64,000 nt of DNA from Mobula hypostoma (GCF_963921235.1 NC_086108.1:10850001-10914000), one strand, 5' to 3'. Shown: positions 1-13,285, numbered from the stretch's first letter. The notes: a model not told the origin generated them from the letters alone. Made by a program: numbers and translations.

Positions 1-22
1 GAAGGTTCCTGCACTCGAATAG

Positions 23-39
23 TCTCCCTCCCTCTCTCC

Positions 40-73
<34 letters not shown>

Positions 74-248
74 GTTCTCTCCCTCTCTCTCTCTCTCTCT
101 CCTTCTCTCTCTCTCTCTCTCTCACTCTCTCCCTCTCTCTCTCTCTCTCACTCTCTTGTTCTCTCTCTCTCTCTCACTCTCTCTCTCTCCCTCTCTCCTC
201 TCTCTCTCTCACACTCTCTCCCTCTCTCTCCCTCACTCTCTCTCTCTC

Positions 249-279
<31 letters not shown>

Positions 280-305
280 CACTCTCTCTCTCTCTCTCTC
301 TCACA

Positions 306-348
<43 letters not shown>

Positions 349-352
349 TCTC
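23..352. repeat. (CT)n-rich microsatellite / polypyrimidine tract
   Basis: Near-continuous CTCTCT with occasional CA/CC interruptions; produces the Ser-Leu ORF at 156-422. Confidence 0.97.
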
Positions 353-829
353 CGCCCGCAGCCCCCCCACCCATGCTGTTGGGGGATGGTGCCGAAGTCC
401 ATCTGTCTTGGGTAAGGTGTAATTGACGTGGTGTGTGGGGGGTCTCTGCAGTTCACATTATGATGTGTTTCTGGTTTCTCATTTTTTTACTATTCTGAGT
501 GATTTCGAATCGGGGCGGCTCACAGATAGTGAACACTGAATGCACCTGAACTCTTTTTGACTTCACATTTCATATTCTGTGTTTTTCTCTCGTTGTTTTT
601 ATTGTCATTTGCACAATTTGTTTTTTTTTTTGCGGCTGGGGGTGGGGGGTTGATGTTTTGAATGGGTTCCATGGTGTTTCTATGGAAAGACGAATCTCAG
701 GGTTGTGTACTGCATACATACTTCGATAATAAATGTACTTTGAATCTTTGAATTTTATAATGCTCATTGGGGAGCGAAGATGTCTCATAAAATAAAAACA
801 CCTTTGTCTGGATGTGTTTTGGTTTCAGA

Positions 830-1610
830 GATTTCAAAGGTTTCAAAGGTACATTTAATGTCAGAGAAATGTATACAATATACATCCTGAAATGTTTTTT
901 CTTTGCAACCATCCACGAAAACAGAGGAGTGCCTCCAAAGAATGAATGACAGTTAAATGTTAGAACCCATTGACCCCCCAGCTCCCCCCTCCCATGCGTA
1001 AGCAGCAGCAAAGCAACAATCCGCCCTCTCCCAGCAGCAAAAAAATCTTCGGCACCCACCACCGAGCACTCAAGTGTGCAGCAAAGCAACAGCAAAGACA
1101 TGGACTTGCAGTACCCCAAAGACTACTCGTTCACCCAGTATTCGACACACCACAGGCTCTTTATAATAGTAAATCCTAATAAGGAAGAAAGAGATGTCTC
1201 GTTTCACAGCGAGAGGGGAGACATAACAAACAATTCGCTGACTTATGATGTTAAAAGTCCGTTCCTTCGCTTTTTCCGAGCTCTGTCCCCAAAGATCTCG
1301 GGTCTCTGGACACACAGCCAGAGGTGTTCTGTCTCCCACGACACACAGATTTCCTGCTGGTATGCTGACCTTTGGTCCACTCATCCCCAGAACCACGGGA
1401 TCCCAGAACTCCGAAGGGGAGCTAATCTCTTCAGCCACATCCTTGGCATATTGAGTAACGACCAGTCGTGAAAGCCCAAAAGCTGCTCCCGTTCCTGCAA
1501 AGAACTGACGTCAGCATGTAACTCCAGGTCAGAGTCTTCAAAAGAACCCTGAAAGGGAAAAATAGAGATATTAAAGATAGAAAAGTCTGTGGTGTTTCTG
1601 CCTTGAAGAG
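830..1610 (-). mobile_element. Non-autonomous non-coding retroposon with a (TTTGAAACC)-like tail
   Basis: Its 3' portion (catttaatgtcagagaaatgtatacaatatacatcctgaaatg...gttagaacccc) recurs at ~15160, ~52610 and ~63880; no coding capacity; boundaries approximate. Confidence 0.6.
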
Positions 1611-1712
1611 CACTGCACACAGATCTGGGCCTGAGCTCTCCCTACAGTCACAAATCTCTTCACACTATACAGCAGGGCTTATGATTATATTGACAGAATT
1701 ATCTTATAATAT

Positions 1713-2260
1713 CAGAGTCATAGAGTCTAAGTACAGCACAGAAAGAAGCCCTTCAGACCATCTGGTCCATGCCAAAACCATTTAATCTGCCTTCTCCCTT
1801 TGATCTGCACCAGGACCATAGCCCTCCATACCCCTACCATCCATGTACCTATCCAAAACTCTTCGTAAACTTTGAAATCAAGCTCACATGCATCACCTAT
1901 GCTGGCAGCTCATTCCATACTCTCGTCACCCTCTGAGTGAAGTTTCCCCTCATGCCCCTTAAACTTTTCACCTTTCACTCTTATCCCATGATCTCTAGTT
2001 GTAGTCCCATCCAACCTCCATGGAAAAAGCTTGCTTGCATTTACCGTATCTATACCCCTCACAATTTTGTATACCTCCATCAAATCTCCTCTCAACCTTC
2101 TATGTTCCAAGGAATAGAGTCCCAACCTATTCAACCTTTCCTTATAACTCAGGTCCTCAGGACCCAGCAGCATCCTTGTGAATTTTCTCTGTACTCTTTC
2201 AAACTTATTTACAACTTACCTGTAGGTAGATGACCAAAACTGCACACTATACTCCAAATG
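1713..2260 (-). mobile_element. CR1 LINE 3' fragment
   Basis: ORF 1910-2173 LSYKERLNRLGLYSLEHRRLRGDLMEVYKI is the typical CR1 ORF2 C-terminus, followed by a short 3'UTR and tail. Confidence 0.9.
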
Positions 2261-2330
2261 TGGGGTATGTCAGCAGTCTGCCAGGGATGGTGCTAGAAAC
2301 AGACACACCGTGGACATTTAAGTAACTATT

Positions 2331-2840
2331 CAGAATCAGAATCAGGCTCAATATCACTGGCCTATGATGTGAAATTTGTGGTCTTTGGGGCAGCAATACA
2401 TTGCAATATGTATTGATAGAAAAATGAGAATTACAGGAAGTATATATATTAAATAGTTAATTAAGTCGTGCAAAAAAATAGAAATAAAGAAGTAGTGAGG
2501 TAGTGTTCATGGGTTCAATGTCCGTTCAGAAATCAGTTGGCAGAGGAGAAGAAGCTGTTCCTGAATTGATGAATGTGTTCCTTCAGTGTACCTCCTTCCT
2601 GATGGTAGCAATGAAAAGAAGGCATGTCCTGGATGATGGGCATCCCAAATGATGGGATGCTGTCTTTTTCTCAGGCATTTCTTCTTCAGATATTCTGGAT
2701 ACTATAGAGGTTAGTGGAGCTGACTGCAGTTAGCACTCTCTGCAGCTCATTTCTGTCCTGTGCAGTAGCCCTCCCCTCAACCCCTCATACCAGATGGTGA
2801 TGCTGCCAGTTAGAATCTTCTAACTGCATCTGTAGATAGT
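2331..2840 (-). mobile_element. Rex1/Babar-type LINE 3' fragment with (TCTGAT)n tail
   Basis: The CCATCAGGAAGGAGGTAC (LPSGRRY) motif lies on the minus strand; it interrupts a plus-strand CR1 3' end (2260-2330 and 2865-3010). Confidence 0.65.
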
Positions 2841-3529
2841 AGAAAGTAGATAGTCATAGTGCATGAGCTAGATTGGCACATGGATGATGTAAAAATGGAG
2901 GGCGAGGCAGGAGGGAATGGTTAGATTGACCTAGAGTAGGCTACAAGGTTGGCATTACATTGTGAGCCAAAGGGCCTGTATTGGGCTGTAATGTCCTCTG
3001 TTCTATGTTTTATGAGTCTTTACTAACATTTTAATGCTGGTTACGGATACCCAATGTGACCCTGGTTAACACCTTGCACGGAAACACAGACAGGCAACAG
3101 ACAAGAGCAATAAATGATCTGTTCAAACTAGACTGAACATTATTCTGTGCTCACCTATTGCCCTTCAGATCGGATTAGTAATGTGCTTTTTTCTTGTTGA
3201 TTTTTCGATGTTTTCCATTGAGCCAATTTACAGAAAATCACTGGGTGGACAGAGTGGAAGCTGAGTACTTTATCAATACACATTGTCCTTTCTTGATGAC
3301 TGGTCAATAGATTATTCAATGTAAAGACAAGGGCTGACTATATAGATTTCACAGGAAGAGAGGGGTCGATCATGCTGTTGAATTCTGAAATTAGTGACAA
3401 ACAATTTGTTTCAATTTTTCAACTGGAAGAGGATAGCTTCAATCTATACTTAGGGAAAAACAGAGCTTTTAGTGATGAAATGACAGAGTGTTTTAAATGC
3501 CAAACTCTGCCAAAGTCCATTAGCAACCA

Positions 3530-4830
3530 GGCTCCGGCTGCATCACAGCCTGGTATGGAAACACCAATTCCCTTGAACAAAAAATGACAAAAGAATATTG
3601 ATGCAGCCCAGTCTATCACAAGTAAAGCCCTCCCCGCCATTGAGTACATCTACACGGAGTGCTGTCGCAGGAGATCTGCATCTATCACAAGTTATGCTCT
3701 CTTCTTGCTGCTGCCATCAGGAAGGAGGTAGAGGATCCTCAGGTCCCACACCACCAGGTTCAGGAACAGTTATTACCCCACAACCATCAGGCTCCTGAAC
3801 CAATGTGGATAACTTCATTCACCACAATGAGCCTCAGGTCCCACACCACCAGGTTCAGAAACAGTTATTACCCCACAACCATCAGGCTCCTGAACCAGTG
3901 TGGATAACTTCACTCCCCACAATGAGCCTCAGGTCCCACACCACCAGGTTCAGAAACAGTTATTACCCCACAACCATCAGGCTCCTGAACCAGTGTGGAT
4001 AACTTCACTCCCCACAATGAGCCTCAGGTCCCACACCACCAGGTTCAGGAACAGTTATTACCCCACAACCATCAGGCTCCTGAACCAGTGTGGATAACTT
4101 CACTCACCACAATGAGCCTCAGGTCCCACACCACCAGGTTCAGGAACAGTTATTACCCCACAACCATCAGGCTCCTGAACCAGTGTGGATAACTTCACTC
4201 ACCACAATGAGCCTCAGGTCCCACACCACCAGGTTCAGGAACAGTTATTACCCCACAACCATCAGGCTCCTGAACCAGTGTGGATAACTTCACTCAGCAC
4301 AATGAGCCTCAGGTCCCACACCACCAGGTTCAGAAACAGTTATTACCCCACAACCATCAGGCTCCTGAACCAGTGTGGATAACTTCACTCCCCACAATGA
4401 GCCTCAGGTCCCACACCACCAGGTTCAGGAACAGTTATTACCCCACAACCATCAGGCTCCTGAACCAGTGTGGATAACTTCACTCACCACAATGAGCCTC
4501 AGGTCCCACACCACCAGGTTCAGGAACAGTTATTACCCCACAACCATCAGGCTCCTGAACCAGTGTGGATAACTTCACTCACCACAATGAGCCTCAGGTC
4601 CCACACCACCAGGTTCAGGAACAGTTATTACCCCACAACCATCAGGCTCCTGAACCAGTCGGGATAACTTCACTCACCACAATGAGCCTCAGGTCCCACA
4701 CCACCAGGGTCAGGAACAGTTATTACGCCACAACCATCAGGCTCTTGAACCAGAGGAGATAATTTCACTCAACTTCACACATGCCATCACTGAATTTTTT
4801 TTCCATAATCTAGGGACCCACTTACAAGGA
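3530..4830 (+). mobile_element. Rex1/Babar-type LINE 3' fragment containing a tandem expansion
   Basis: Matches the ...LLPSGRRYRSLRTHTTRFRNSYYP region seen in the copies at 30959-31207 and 58183-58557. Confidence 0.8.
3737..4770 (+). repeat. 95-bp tandem array, 11 unit starts
   Basis: CCTCAGGTCCCACACCACCAGG recurs every 95 bp from 3737 to 4687; near-identical units; ORF starts are also spaced by 95. Confidence 0.97.
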
Positions 4831-4844
4831 CACCTAAGCTTATA

Positions 4845-5530
4845 AGACATTAAGATATAGGAGAAGAATTAGGCAATTTGGCCCATTGAGGCTGCTCTGC
4901 CATTTTAACATAGCTGATACATTTCCCTCTTAGTACCAGACTCCTGCCATCTCCCCAATGCTTTATGCTCCGACTAATCAAGAAGCTATCAGCCTTCACC
5001 TTAAATGTACCCAATGACCTGGCCTCCACAGCTGCCTATGGCAACAAATTCCACAGATTTACCACTAAAGAACTTCCTCTTCATCTCCATTGTAAATGGT
5101 CGTTTCTCTATTCTGAGGCTGTGTCCACTGGTCTTAGACTTCTCCTGCCATAAGAAACTTCTTCTCCACGTCCACTCTATTGAGGCCATTCAACATTCGA
5201 TAGATTTCAATGAGATCCCCCATTCCAGTGAGTACAGACCAAAAGCCATCAAATGCTCCTCATACTCTAAAGTTTTTAGTCCTATAAACGTTTGCATAAA
5301 CCGCTTTTGAACCCTCTCCAATGTCAGCACATCCAGTCTAAGATAATGGGCCCAAAATTGCTCACAAAACTCCAAGTGAGGCTTCACCAGTGCTTTATAA
5401 AGTCTCAACTTTACCACACCTGAAATATTCACGTCCTCCTGAAATGACTGCTAACATTGTATCTGCCTTCCTCATCACAGACTCAACCTGCAAATTAACC
5501 TTTAGGGAATCCTGCAAAAGGATTCCAAAT
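4845..5530 (-). mobile_element. CR1 LINE 3' fragment
   Basis: LYKALVKPHLEFCEQFWAHYLRLDVLTLERVQKRF (ORF 5190-5432) plus a CR1 3'UTR. Confidence 0.9.
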
Positions 5531-6369
5531 CTTCATCTCATGTTTTCAATATTTATTGCTTATTTATTTATTTACTTACCTGTTTATTGTTATTCATTAT
5601 TGTTTTTTTAAAATTACTTTTTGTTTTTACATTTTTCTGTAGTTTGCACACTAGTTGTTTGTCTGTCCTGTTGGGGGATGTCTTTCATTGATTTTATTTT
5701 CTTTGATTGATTCCGTTTCTTGTATTTACTATGAATGCCTGCAAGAAAACTTCAGGGTTGTATATATTGGCATATATATACTTGGTTAAAAAATTATTTT
5801 GTGCTTTGAATAGCTGGAATTAGGTCCCTTTTCAACTTTCAGCATCATGGTTTGTAGACGAGAATTGAGGATGTTCTCCATACCAAATTCCCATTGGGAG
5901 ACTGATCCAGATACTGCCTCACAAGGAGACACATAGAGTTTTAAATGGTTCAGTTTGATTCAACTTAATATCAGAGAATGTGTACAGTATACAGTCTGAT
6001 ACTCGTACTGTTCACAGAAAAAACCCAAAAGAATAAATGATGAAAACATCAAAACCCCAAAGCCCCTCTCCCCCCTCCCACGCACAAGACGCAGAAATGT
6101 GACAACTAGAAATATATTGTTTCTCCTTCATCAACCACCGATCAAAATCCTAGAACTTCCTCCCCACCTTAGACACACCTTCACCAGTGGTTTGAGAAGA
6201 TGACTCACCATTACAACCACTCCTCTCCCACCCTCTCATGGGCAGTGAGAATGGGGCAATAATTGTTAGTCTGCACAATTGTGGCAGTGTCCATGCAAAC
6301 AATGCTAACAGGTTGGACTGGAGTGGACAGGAAGTTTCACAGCAAGGAAGCTTGAGCACATCTACGTGC

Positions 6370-6830
6370 TGCATTATCACAGGAAAGCTTCATCAAGGAC
6401 CCTTACAAGCTAGGTCACACTCTCTTCTCATTGCTGCCATCAGGAAGAAGGTACAGGAGCCCCAGGACTCACACAACCAGGTACAGGAACAGTTATTACC
6501 CCTCAACCATCAGGTTCTTGAACAAGAGAGGGTAACTACTTGCCCCATCATTGAAATGTTCCCACAACCTATCAACTCATTTTCAAGGACTTTTCATCTC
6601 ACATTCTCAATATTTATTCCTTATTTATTTATTATTATTATTTCATTCTTTTTGTATTTGCACAATTTGTTGTCTGTTGCACACTGGTTAAATGCCCAAG
6701 TTGGTGTGGTCTTTCATTGATTCTGTAATGGATTTGTTAAGTATGCGCCCAAGAAAATTAATCTCAGTGCTGAAAGTGGTAACATAGGCGTACTTTGATA
6801 ATACGTTTACTTTGAACTTTGAACTTTGAT
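6370..6830 (+). mobile_element. Rex1/Babar-derived 3' fragment, (TTGAACT)n tail
   Basis: CTGCCATCAGGAAGAAGGTACAGGAGCC...CAGTTATTACCCC motif; ends in tttactttgaactttgaactttga. Confidence 0.75.
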
Positions 6831-7524
6831 CTGCCACCTGTGTATTCCAGTCAGACGTTACTGTTCTTTCCAAGAGGGTAATTATAGCCTGTAATTGAGA
6901 ATGTGTCACTGACCAAGGTTCTTCTGTGTACCCCCCACTTCCCCCACCTCCCCCACCCCTCCTCCCACCCAATCCCACAAGCTGCTTTCCTTCTTTCCTC
7001 TGTAACTTCATCCAGAATGCTGGTTGGTGAGACAGATCTTGTAATCGGCATCTCAAACTCAATGGAGTGGATTTTGGTAAATAGGGACACATCAGACCCT
7101 TGAACAGACCACTTGAATGATAAGCTGGACTCTTGGCCTCACAATCTATCTCGTTATGATCTTGCACCTTATCGTTAATCTGTGTTGCGCTTTCCCTGTA
7201 GCTGTAACACTTTATCCTGCACTGTTAGTGTTTTACCTTGTTCTACCGCAATGCACTGTGTAGTAATCTGAACTGTATGAACAGTATGCAGGACAAGCTT
7301 AGCACTGTATCTCTGTATGTGTAACAATATTAAACCAATACCAATACCTCCCTTTCCCTGTCGAAGGTTCTTGGCCCTACAATCTACCTCATTATAATCT
7401 TGCTGGTATAACTTTACAACATAGTCACTCAATACTGAATATAGCAGATAAACCTGTCTCTCTAGGAATGTGTGGACCAAACATCTGACAGGGTCAATCA
7501 CTTTGCCTGTAAAGCTGGTGGTGG

Positions 7525-8120
7525 TTCAAAGTTCAAAGTAAATTTTGTTATTAAACTACATATATGTCACCATATACAACCGAGAGATTCATTTTCTTGT
7601 GGGCATACTTAACAAGTCTATAGAATAGTAACTATAACAGGATTAATGAAAGATCAACCAGAGTGCAGAAGACAACAAACTGTGCAAATGCAAATATAAA
7701 TAAATTGCAATAAATAACAAGAACTTGAGAGAAAGAGATAAAGAGTCCTTAAAGTGAGACCATTGGTTGGGGAACATCTCAATGATGGGGAAAATCAGTA
7801 TAGCTATGCCTTTTGTTCAAGAGCCTGATGGTTGAGGGAGAGTAACTGTTCTTGAACCCGGTGGTGCGAGTCCTAAGGCTCTTGTACCTTCTACCTGATG
7901 GCAGCAGTGAGAAGAGAGCACGTCCTGGGTGGTGGGGATCTCAGATGATGGATGTTGCTTTCCTATAACAGTGTTTCCTGTAGATGTGCTGAATGGTTGG
8001 GAGGGTCTTACCCGTGATGTGCTGGGCTGAATCCTACCTTCTTTAGGATTTTCCTTTCAAAGGCATTGGTGTTTCTATACCAGATTGTCATGCAGCCAGT
8101 TAATACACTCTCTATTCCCA
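7525..8120 (-). mobile_element. Rex1/Babar-derived 3' fragment
   Basis: Reverse complement of the same DPHHPG/LLPSGRRY region and TTTGAAC tail. Confidence 0.75.
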
Positions 8121-8900
8121 CTGGAGTAAGACCTGATACCATGATCTCCTGCCTCACTCACTCAAGGTCCTGAGCCCTGTGGGCCTCTGTGGCAAGCCAG
8201 ATTATTGGGCTTCTAGATTTCTCAAGAACCTGTATTTGTTAATTGTTGTCTTAACTATAGTCCTTATGCCCTTGTGCTTTCTGTTTAATCTTGTCAAATT
8301 AATTTTGATTGACATGGGATTTCTGCGTTCTGTGATTATTTCTAGTGGACTCCTGAATAGTGCTCATCGCAGGGTCCTTGTTTTAAGAATGATTCATCTT
8401 GCGGTCTCACTTGGTCAAACCACTGTTGTTCAATTGGAATTCCTATGTATAAACTTTTGTTTCCATCTCAACATGGAAATCCGGCATTCTGCTCCGAAAT
8501 TTAGCTGATTCCTGTGCTCACCATCCCTCCACTCCTGGGTTCAGTCATTGACAGTGCTCATCATTATACTCTGTCACAGCTGGAAAAATTGCTAACTCTG
8601 GATTACTACTCCAGAAACATAACCACTGACTACACTGGACAATAATTTTGCTTCCTGAATACTTTTGCATGCATCTAAAGGATTTTGGGCAGCTGATCAT
8701 TAATGTCACCATGAGATTTCCATATTGTGTATCTTTTTGAAATTGCCTATATTTGCTATATTCACAATTCAAGTCAAAATAACTGCTGCCGAGATTAAGG
8801 AAAACATTTTTGTTGGTCCATAAATCTAACAGGTCATGAATGACAGGGAATTCAAAGAACTTCTGGTGGGTTCAGAGAAAATCACACGGAAGGCATTCAA

Positions 8901-11050
8901 ACCATAAACAAGAGAAAATCTGCAGATGCTGGAAATTCGAGCAACACATACAAGATGCCGGAGGAACTCAGTGGGCTAGGCAGCAACTATAGAAAAGAGT
9001 ACAGTTGACATTTTGGGCCGAAATCCTTTGGCAGGACTGGAGAAAAAAAGTTGAGGAGTAGTTTTAAAAGGTGGTTGGAGGGGAGAGAAAAATACCAGGT
9101 GATAGCTGCGGGGAGAGATGAAGTAAAGAGCTGGGAAATTGATTGGTGAAAGAGACAGAAGGGCATGGAAAAAAGAAAGGGGGGGAGGAGCACCAGAGGA
9201 AGGCAATGGGTGTGCAAGGAGATAAGGTGAGAGAAGGAAAAGGGGTTAGGAAATGGAAAAGGGGGGGTGCAGGTAGGGGGCATTTCTGGAAGTTTGAAAA
9301 ATTAATGTTCATGCCACCCGGTTGGAGGCTACCCAAACTGAATACAAGATGTTGTTCCTCCAACCTAAATGTGGCCTCATCATGACAGTGGAGGAGGCCA
9401 TGGATGAACATATCAGAATGGGAATGGGAAGTGGAATTAAAATGTGGCCACTGGGAAATCCCGCTTTTTCTGGCTGATGGATCGTAGGTGCTCAGTGAAG
9501 CAGTCTCCCAATCTTTGTCGGGTCTCACCGAAATATAGGTGGCCACACCAGGAACACCGGACACAGTATATGACCCCAACAGACTCACAGGTGAATTGTC
9601 GCCTCACCTGGAAGGACTGTTTAGGGCTCTGAGTGTTAGGGAGCGAGGAGGTGTAGCACTTGTTCCACTTGCAAGGATAAGTGCCAGGAGGGAGATCAGT
9701 GGGGAGGAATGAGTGGACAAGGGAGTTGGGTAGGGAGCGATCCCTGCTGAAAGCAGAAAGTGGGGGGAGAGAAAGATGTACTTGGTGGTGGGATCCCGTT
9801 AGACGTGGTGGAAATTTCAGAGAATTAGGTGCTGGACGCGGAGGCTGGTCGGGTGGTAGATGAGGGAAGGTAGGGTGGTGGGAGGATGAGGTCAGGGCAG
9901 ACGTGTGAAATGGAAGAGATGCGGTTGAGGGTAGCACTGATGGTGAAGGAAGGGAAGCCCCTTTCCTTGTAGTAGGAGGACCTCTCCTTTATTCTAGAAT
10001 GAAAAGCCCCATCCACAGAGCAAGTGAAGTGGAGACAGAGCAACTGAGAAAAGGAAATGGTGTTTTTACAAGTAGCCGGGTGGGACAAGGTGTAGTCCAG
10101 GTAGCTGTTTGTGGATTTGTAATAGACATTAGTGGATAACCTATCTCTAGAGATAGAGTGAAATTGAGAATGGGAAGGGAGGTGCTGGTCATGGACCAGG
10201 TGAATTTGAGGGCAGGGTGGAAGTTGGATGCAAAGTAGATGAAGTCGACTAGTTCAGCACTATTGCAGGAAGCAGCACCAATGCAGTCATTGATGTAGTG
10301 CAGGACAAGTGCGGGAAGGTCACCAGTGTAGGCTTGGAACATAGACTGTTCCACGTAGTCGACAAACAGGCAGGCAAAAATGGAACCCATGCGAGTGCCC
10401 ACGGCTACACCTTTTGCTTGAAGGAAGTGGCAGAACCCAAAGGAAAAATTAGTAAGAGTGAGGCCATTCCGCTAGCCGGAGGAGAGTGGTGGTGAGGGGA
10501 ACTGGTTAGGTCTGGTGTCCAGAAAAAAACTGAGAGCTCTAGGCCTTCCTGGTGGAGGATGGAGGTGTATAGGGACTGGACATCCATAGTAAAAATGAGG
10601 TGATGGGGGTCAAGGAACTTGAATCAATGAAAAGATCCAGAGCATGTGAGGTATCACGGATGTAGGTAGGAAGGACTGAACCGGGGGGATAAAACGGAGT
10701 CAAGGTAGCCGATGTGAGTTCAGTGGGGCAGGAACAAGCTGAAACAATGAGCCTACCTGGACAAGCGAGTTTGTGGATCTTGGGTAGGAGGTAGAGATAG
10801 GAGGTACAGGGTGCGGGAACTATGAGGTTGGTGGCGGTGGATGGGAGACCTCCAGAGTCAATAAGGTTGGTGATGGTGTGGGAGACAATGGCTTGGTGTT
10901 CCTTAGTGGGGTCCTGTTCGAGGGGTAAGTAAGAGGATGTGTCTGAGAGTTGGTGCTGGGCCTCAGCAAGGTAGAGGTCAGTACGCTAGACTACTACAGC
11001 ACCTCCCTTAACTGCGGGTTTGATGGTGAGATTAGAATTGGTGTGGAGGG
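8901..11050 (-). mobile_element. Penelope-like element (5'-truncated RT + GIY-YIG + pseudo-LTR)
   Basis: DVQSLYTSI, MGTRMG..FACLF, HYIND (RT motifs); VIYCVRCSWCGHLYFGET..RL...EH and HFN (GIY-YIG); flanked by CATTCAA at 8894-8900 and 11056-11062. Confidence 0.9.
9002..9039 (-). ncRNA. Degenerate minimal hammerhead ribozyme motif in the Penelope pLTR
   Basis: Minus strand reads CAGTC CTGCCAA AGGATTTCGGCCC AAAA TG TC AACTG; aligns to the consensus but the core is mutated. Confidence 0.55.
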
Positions 11051-11639
11051 GAAAACATTCAAGGATGATGTTGAAAATTTTCTTGGCAACTACAGAGCAC
11101 CAATCTACGTGCAGCAAGCTGACAACATGCTTCAGGGATACAAAACCATGAAGTGCAACATGTCACTAAAGATTTATTTTCTGCATTCCCATTTGGACTT
11201 CTTCCCTGCAAATCTTGGCCCTGTCAGTGACGAGCATGGTGAAAGATTTCACCAGGACATTGCACTCGTGGACAAACGGTATCAGGGCAACAGGAATCCA
11301 TCAATGCTGGCTGATTATTGTTGGAAACTTCATTGAGAAACCTCAGACACTGAGTACAAACGACAATCATGAACAGAACATTTTTAGCTTAATTGTACTA
11401 TTGTAAACCTTCGGCACCATTGGGCAATTAAATGCATTAAATTCAAAAGAAGATAATTTCTTGTTTCTCCAAATTGCTACGTGATACAATTAGTTTGAAA
11501 TTATTTTTGTGTTCAGCTTCAAGTGGTCTATCATCAACAAAAAAAAATTCTGAGGAAGTACCACTTTCAAAAATATTTGTTTTACAGGGTTAGTATCAGT
11601 CACCGGCCTGAAACGATACTGTAATATTGTTTATATGGT

Positions 11640-11750
11640 CAAAAATATTGACTGTCTATTCCCTCCATAGACACTGCCTGCCCTGCTGAGTTCCTCCAGC
11701 ATTTTGTGTGTGTTGCTCTGGATTCCAGCATCTACAGAATCTCTTGTGTT
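11640..11750 (+). mobile_element. Penelope pLTR fragment
   Basis: gactgt...ctgctgagttcctccagcattttgtgtgtgttgct...ccagcatctacaga is shared with the other pLTR copies. Confidence 0.7.
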
Positions 11751-11974
11751 TATATTAAGCTTTCTTGAAGGATGTCTCAAAGAAGCAGAATCCATAATTA
11801 AGGACAACCATCAGCCAGGACATGCCCTCTTCTCAATGATGGTACAATCAGAGAGGAGTTGCAGGAGCCTGAAGACACATACTTAATGTTTTAGGACAGA
11901 ATTTTCCCCTCCACCATCAGATTTCCAAGCATTCAATAATCCCGTGAACAATGCATCACTATTTTTGCTCTTCA

Positions 11975-12329
11975 AGTAAGAAAACTCTGTATAGCGAAGA
12001 TGCTTTCAAAAATAATGAAATGAAAAGTTTCTAAATATCAAAACTAAATTAAATCAATACTTGGTATGACCACCCTTTAAAACTGCATCAGTTCTCTTAA
12101 GTACACTGTCATGCAATTTTGTGAGAAAATGGGTGGGTGGGTTGTCCAATCATCTTGGAGAACTTACCATGGTTCTTCTGCAGACTTTGGCTGTCTCACT
12201 TGCTTCTGTCTCTCCAGGTAATCCCGAACAGCCTTGATGATGTTAAGATCAGAACTCTGTGGCGGCCATACCACTTGAAACCATATGAAAAAATTCTAGG
12301 GTGCCGAAGAGTTTTGCACAGTACTATAC
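11975..12329. mobile_element. Non-autonomous Tc1-like element
   Basis: Ends TTTTGCACAGTACTATA (Tc1-type TIR plus TA); collinear second copy at 36180-37462. Confidence 0.65.
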
Positions 12330-12934
12330 ATTTCTTATTGTAATTTATAGCCTACTTTCTGTATTACACTGAACTGTTGCCACAAAGCATGAAGTTTCAT
12401 GATATACCTCGGTGATAATGAAAATGATTGTGATTCAGATTCTGAGATGTTCCAATACCATGGCAGGAACTCCATCATGGTCACTAGTTTCCCCGATACT
12501 GAGAACATCTTCAGAAAATGATGACTCAAAAGTCGACACAGGACACGTCATCTTCTCATTGCTACCAGCAGGAAGGCAGTAAAGGAGCTGAAAGATACAC
12601 ACTCAACATTTTAGGAACAGCTTCTTCCCCCCACCCCACCATTAGATTTCTGAATGACAATGAACCCTTGAACACTACCTCACTACTTTTGCTCTGTATT
12701 TTGCTACTTATTTATTTTTAGATATATTTCTTATAGTAATTCATTTTCCACTTTATTGTTGCCACAGAACAACAAATTTCACGATATACAGTATGTCAAT
12801 TATAATAACCTCGATTCTGATTTTGAATGTTTTCTTATGATGGATACCATCTACAAACCACAGGAACTGAACACGTCTTCACTTATCACACAGAAATGGT
12901 AGCAATGACAGGCAGGAGAAGGGGAGAAAGGTCT

Positions 12935-13285
12935 CCATAAAACCATAGATATTGGAGCAGAATTGGGCCATTTGGCCCACTGACTCTGCTGCACCATTTC
13001 ATGATGGCTGATCCATTTCCCTCTCAGCACCAGTTTTCCCCTGTATCCTTTCATGTCCTGACTAATCAAGGATCTATCAACCTCTGCCTTAAATATACCC
13101 AATGACTGATCTCCACTGCTGCTTGTGGCAACGAGTTCCACAGACTCATAACTCTTTGCATAAAGATATTGCTTCTCATCTCTGTTCTGAAGGATATCTT
13201 TTTATTCTGAGACTGTGCCATCAGGTCCTAGACTCTCCCACCATCATCTCAGCATGCACTCTATTGAGGCCTTTCAACATTCAAT
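12935..13285 (-). mobile_element. CR1 3' end
   Basis: ELVATSSSGDQSLGIFKAEVDRSLI plus the conserved 3'UTR (GGGCCAAATGGCCC.ATTCTGCTCC). Confidence 0.8.

Larger units (their letters stand above)
8633..11589 (+). mobile_element. Non-autonomous Chapaev3-type (CMC) DNA transposon, interrupted by a Penelope element
   Basis: Starts CACTGGACAA; transposase C-terminal remnant KIKENIFVGP (~8795) ... FLHSHLDFFPANLGPVSDEHGERFHQDI...MLADYCW (11063-11336); flanks CTA/TTA fit a TWA TSD; collinear with the copy at 28036-30191. Confidence 0.75.

Noticed and set aside
156..422. Ser/Leu-rich ORF
   Set aside because: Translation of (CT)n
3737..4770. CRISPR-like array or repeated 65-aa peptide genes
   Set aside because: No unique spacers, no cas genes and a eukaryotic context; 95 is not a multiple of 3, so the ORFs are artefacts of the tandem repeat
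10950..11336. Possible domesticated or RAG-like transposase gene
   Set aside because: A chimera of antisense Penelope sequence and a C-terminal Chapaev fragment; the upstream part has stops and most of the transposase is deleted
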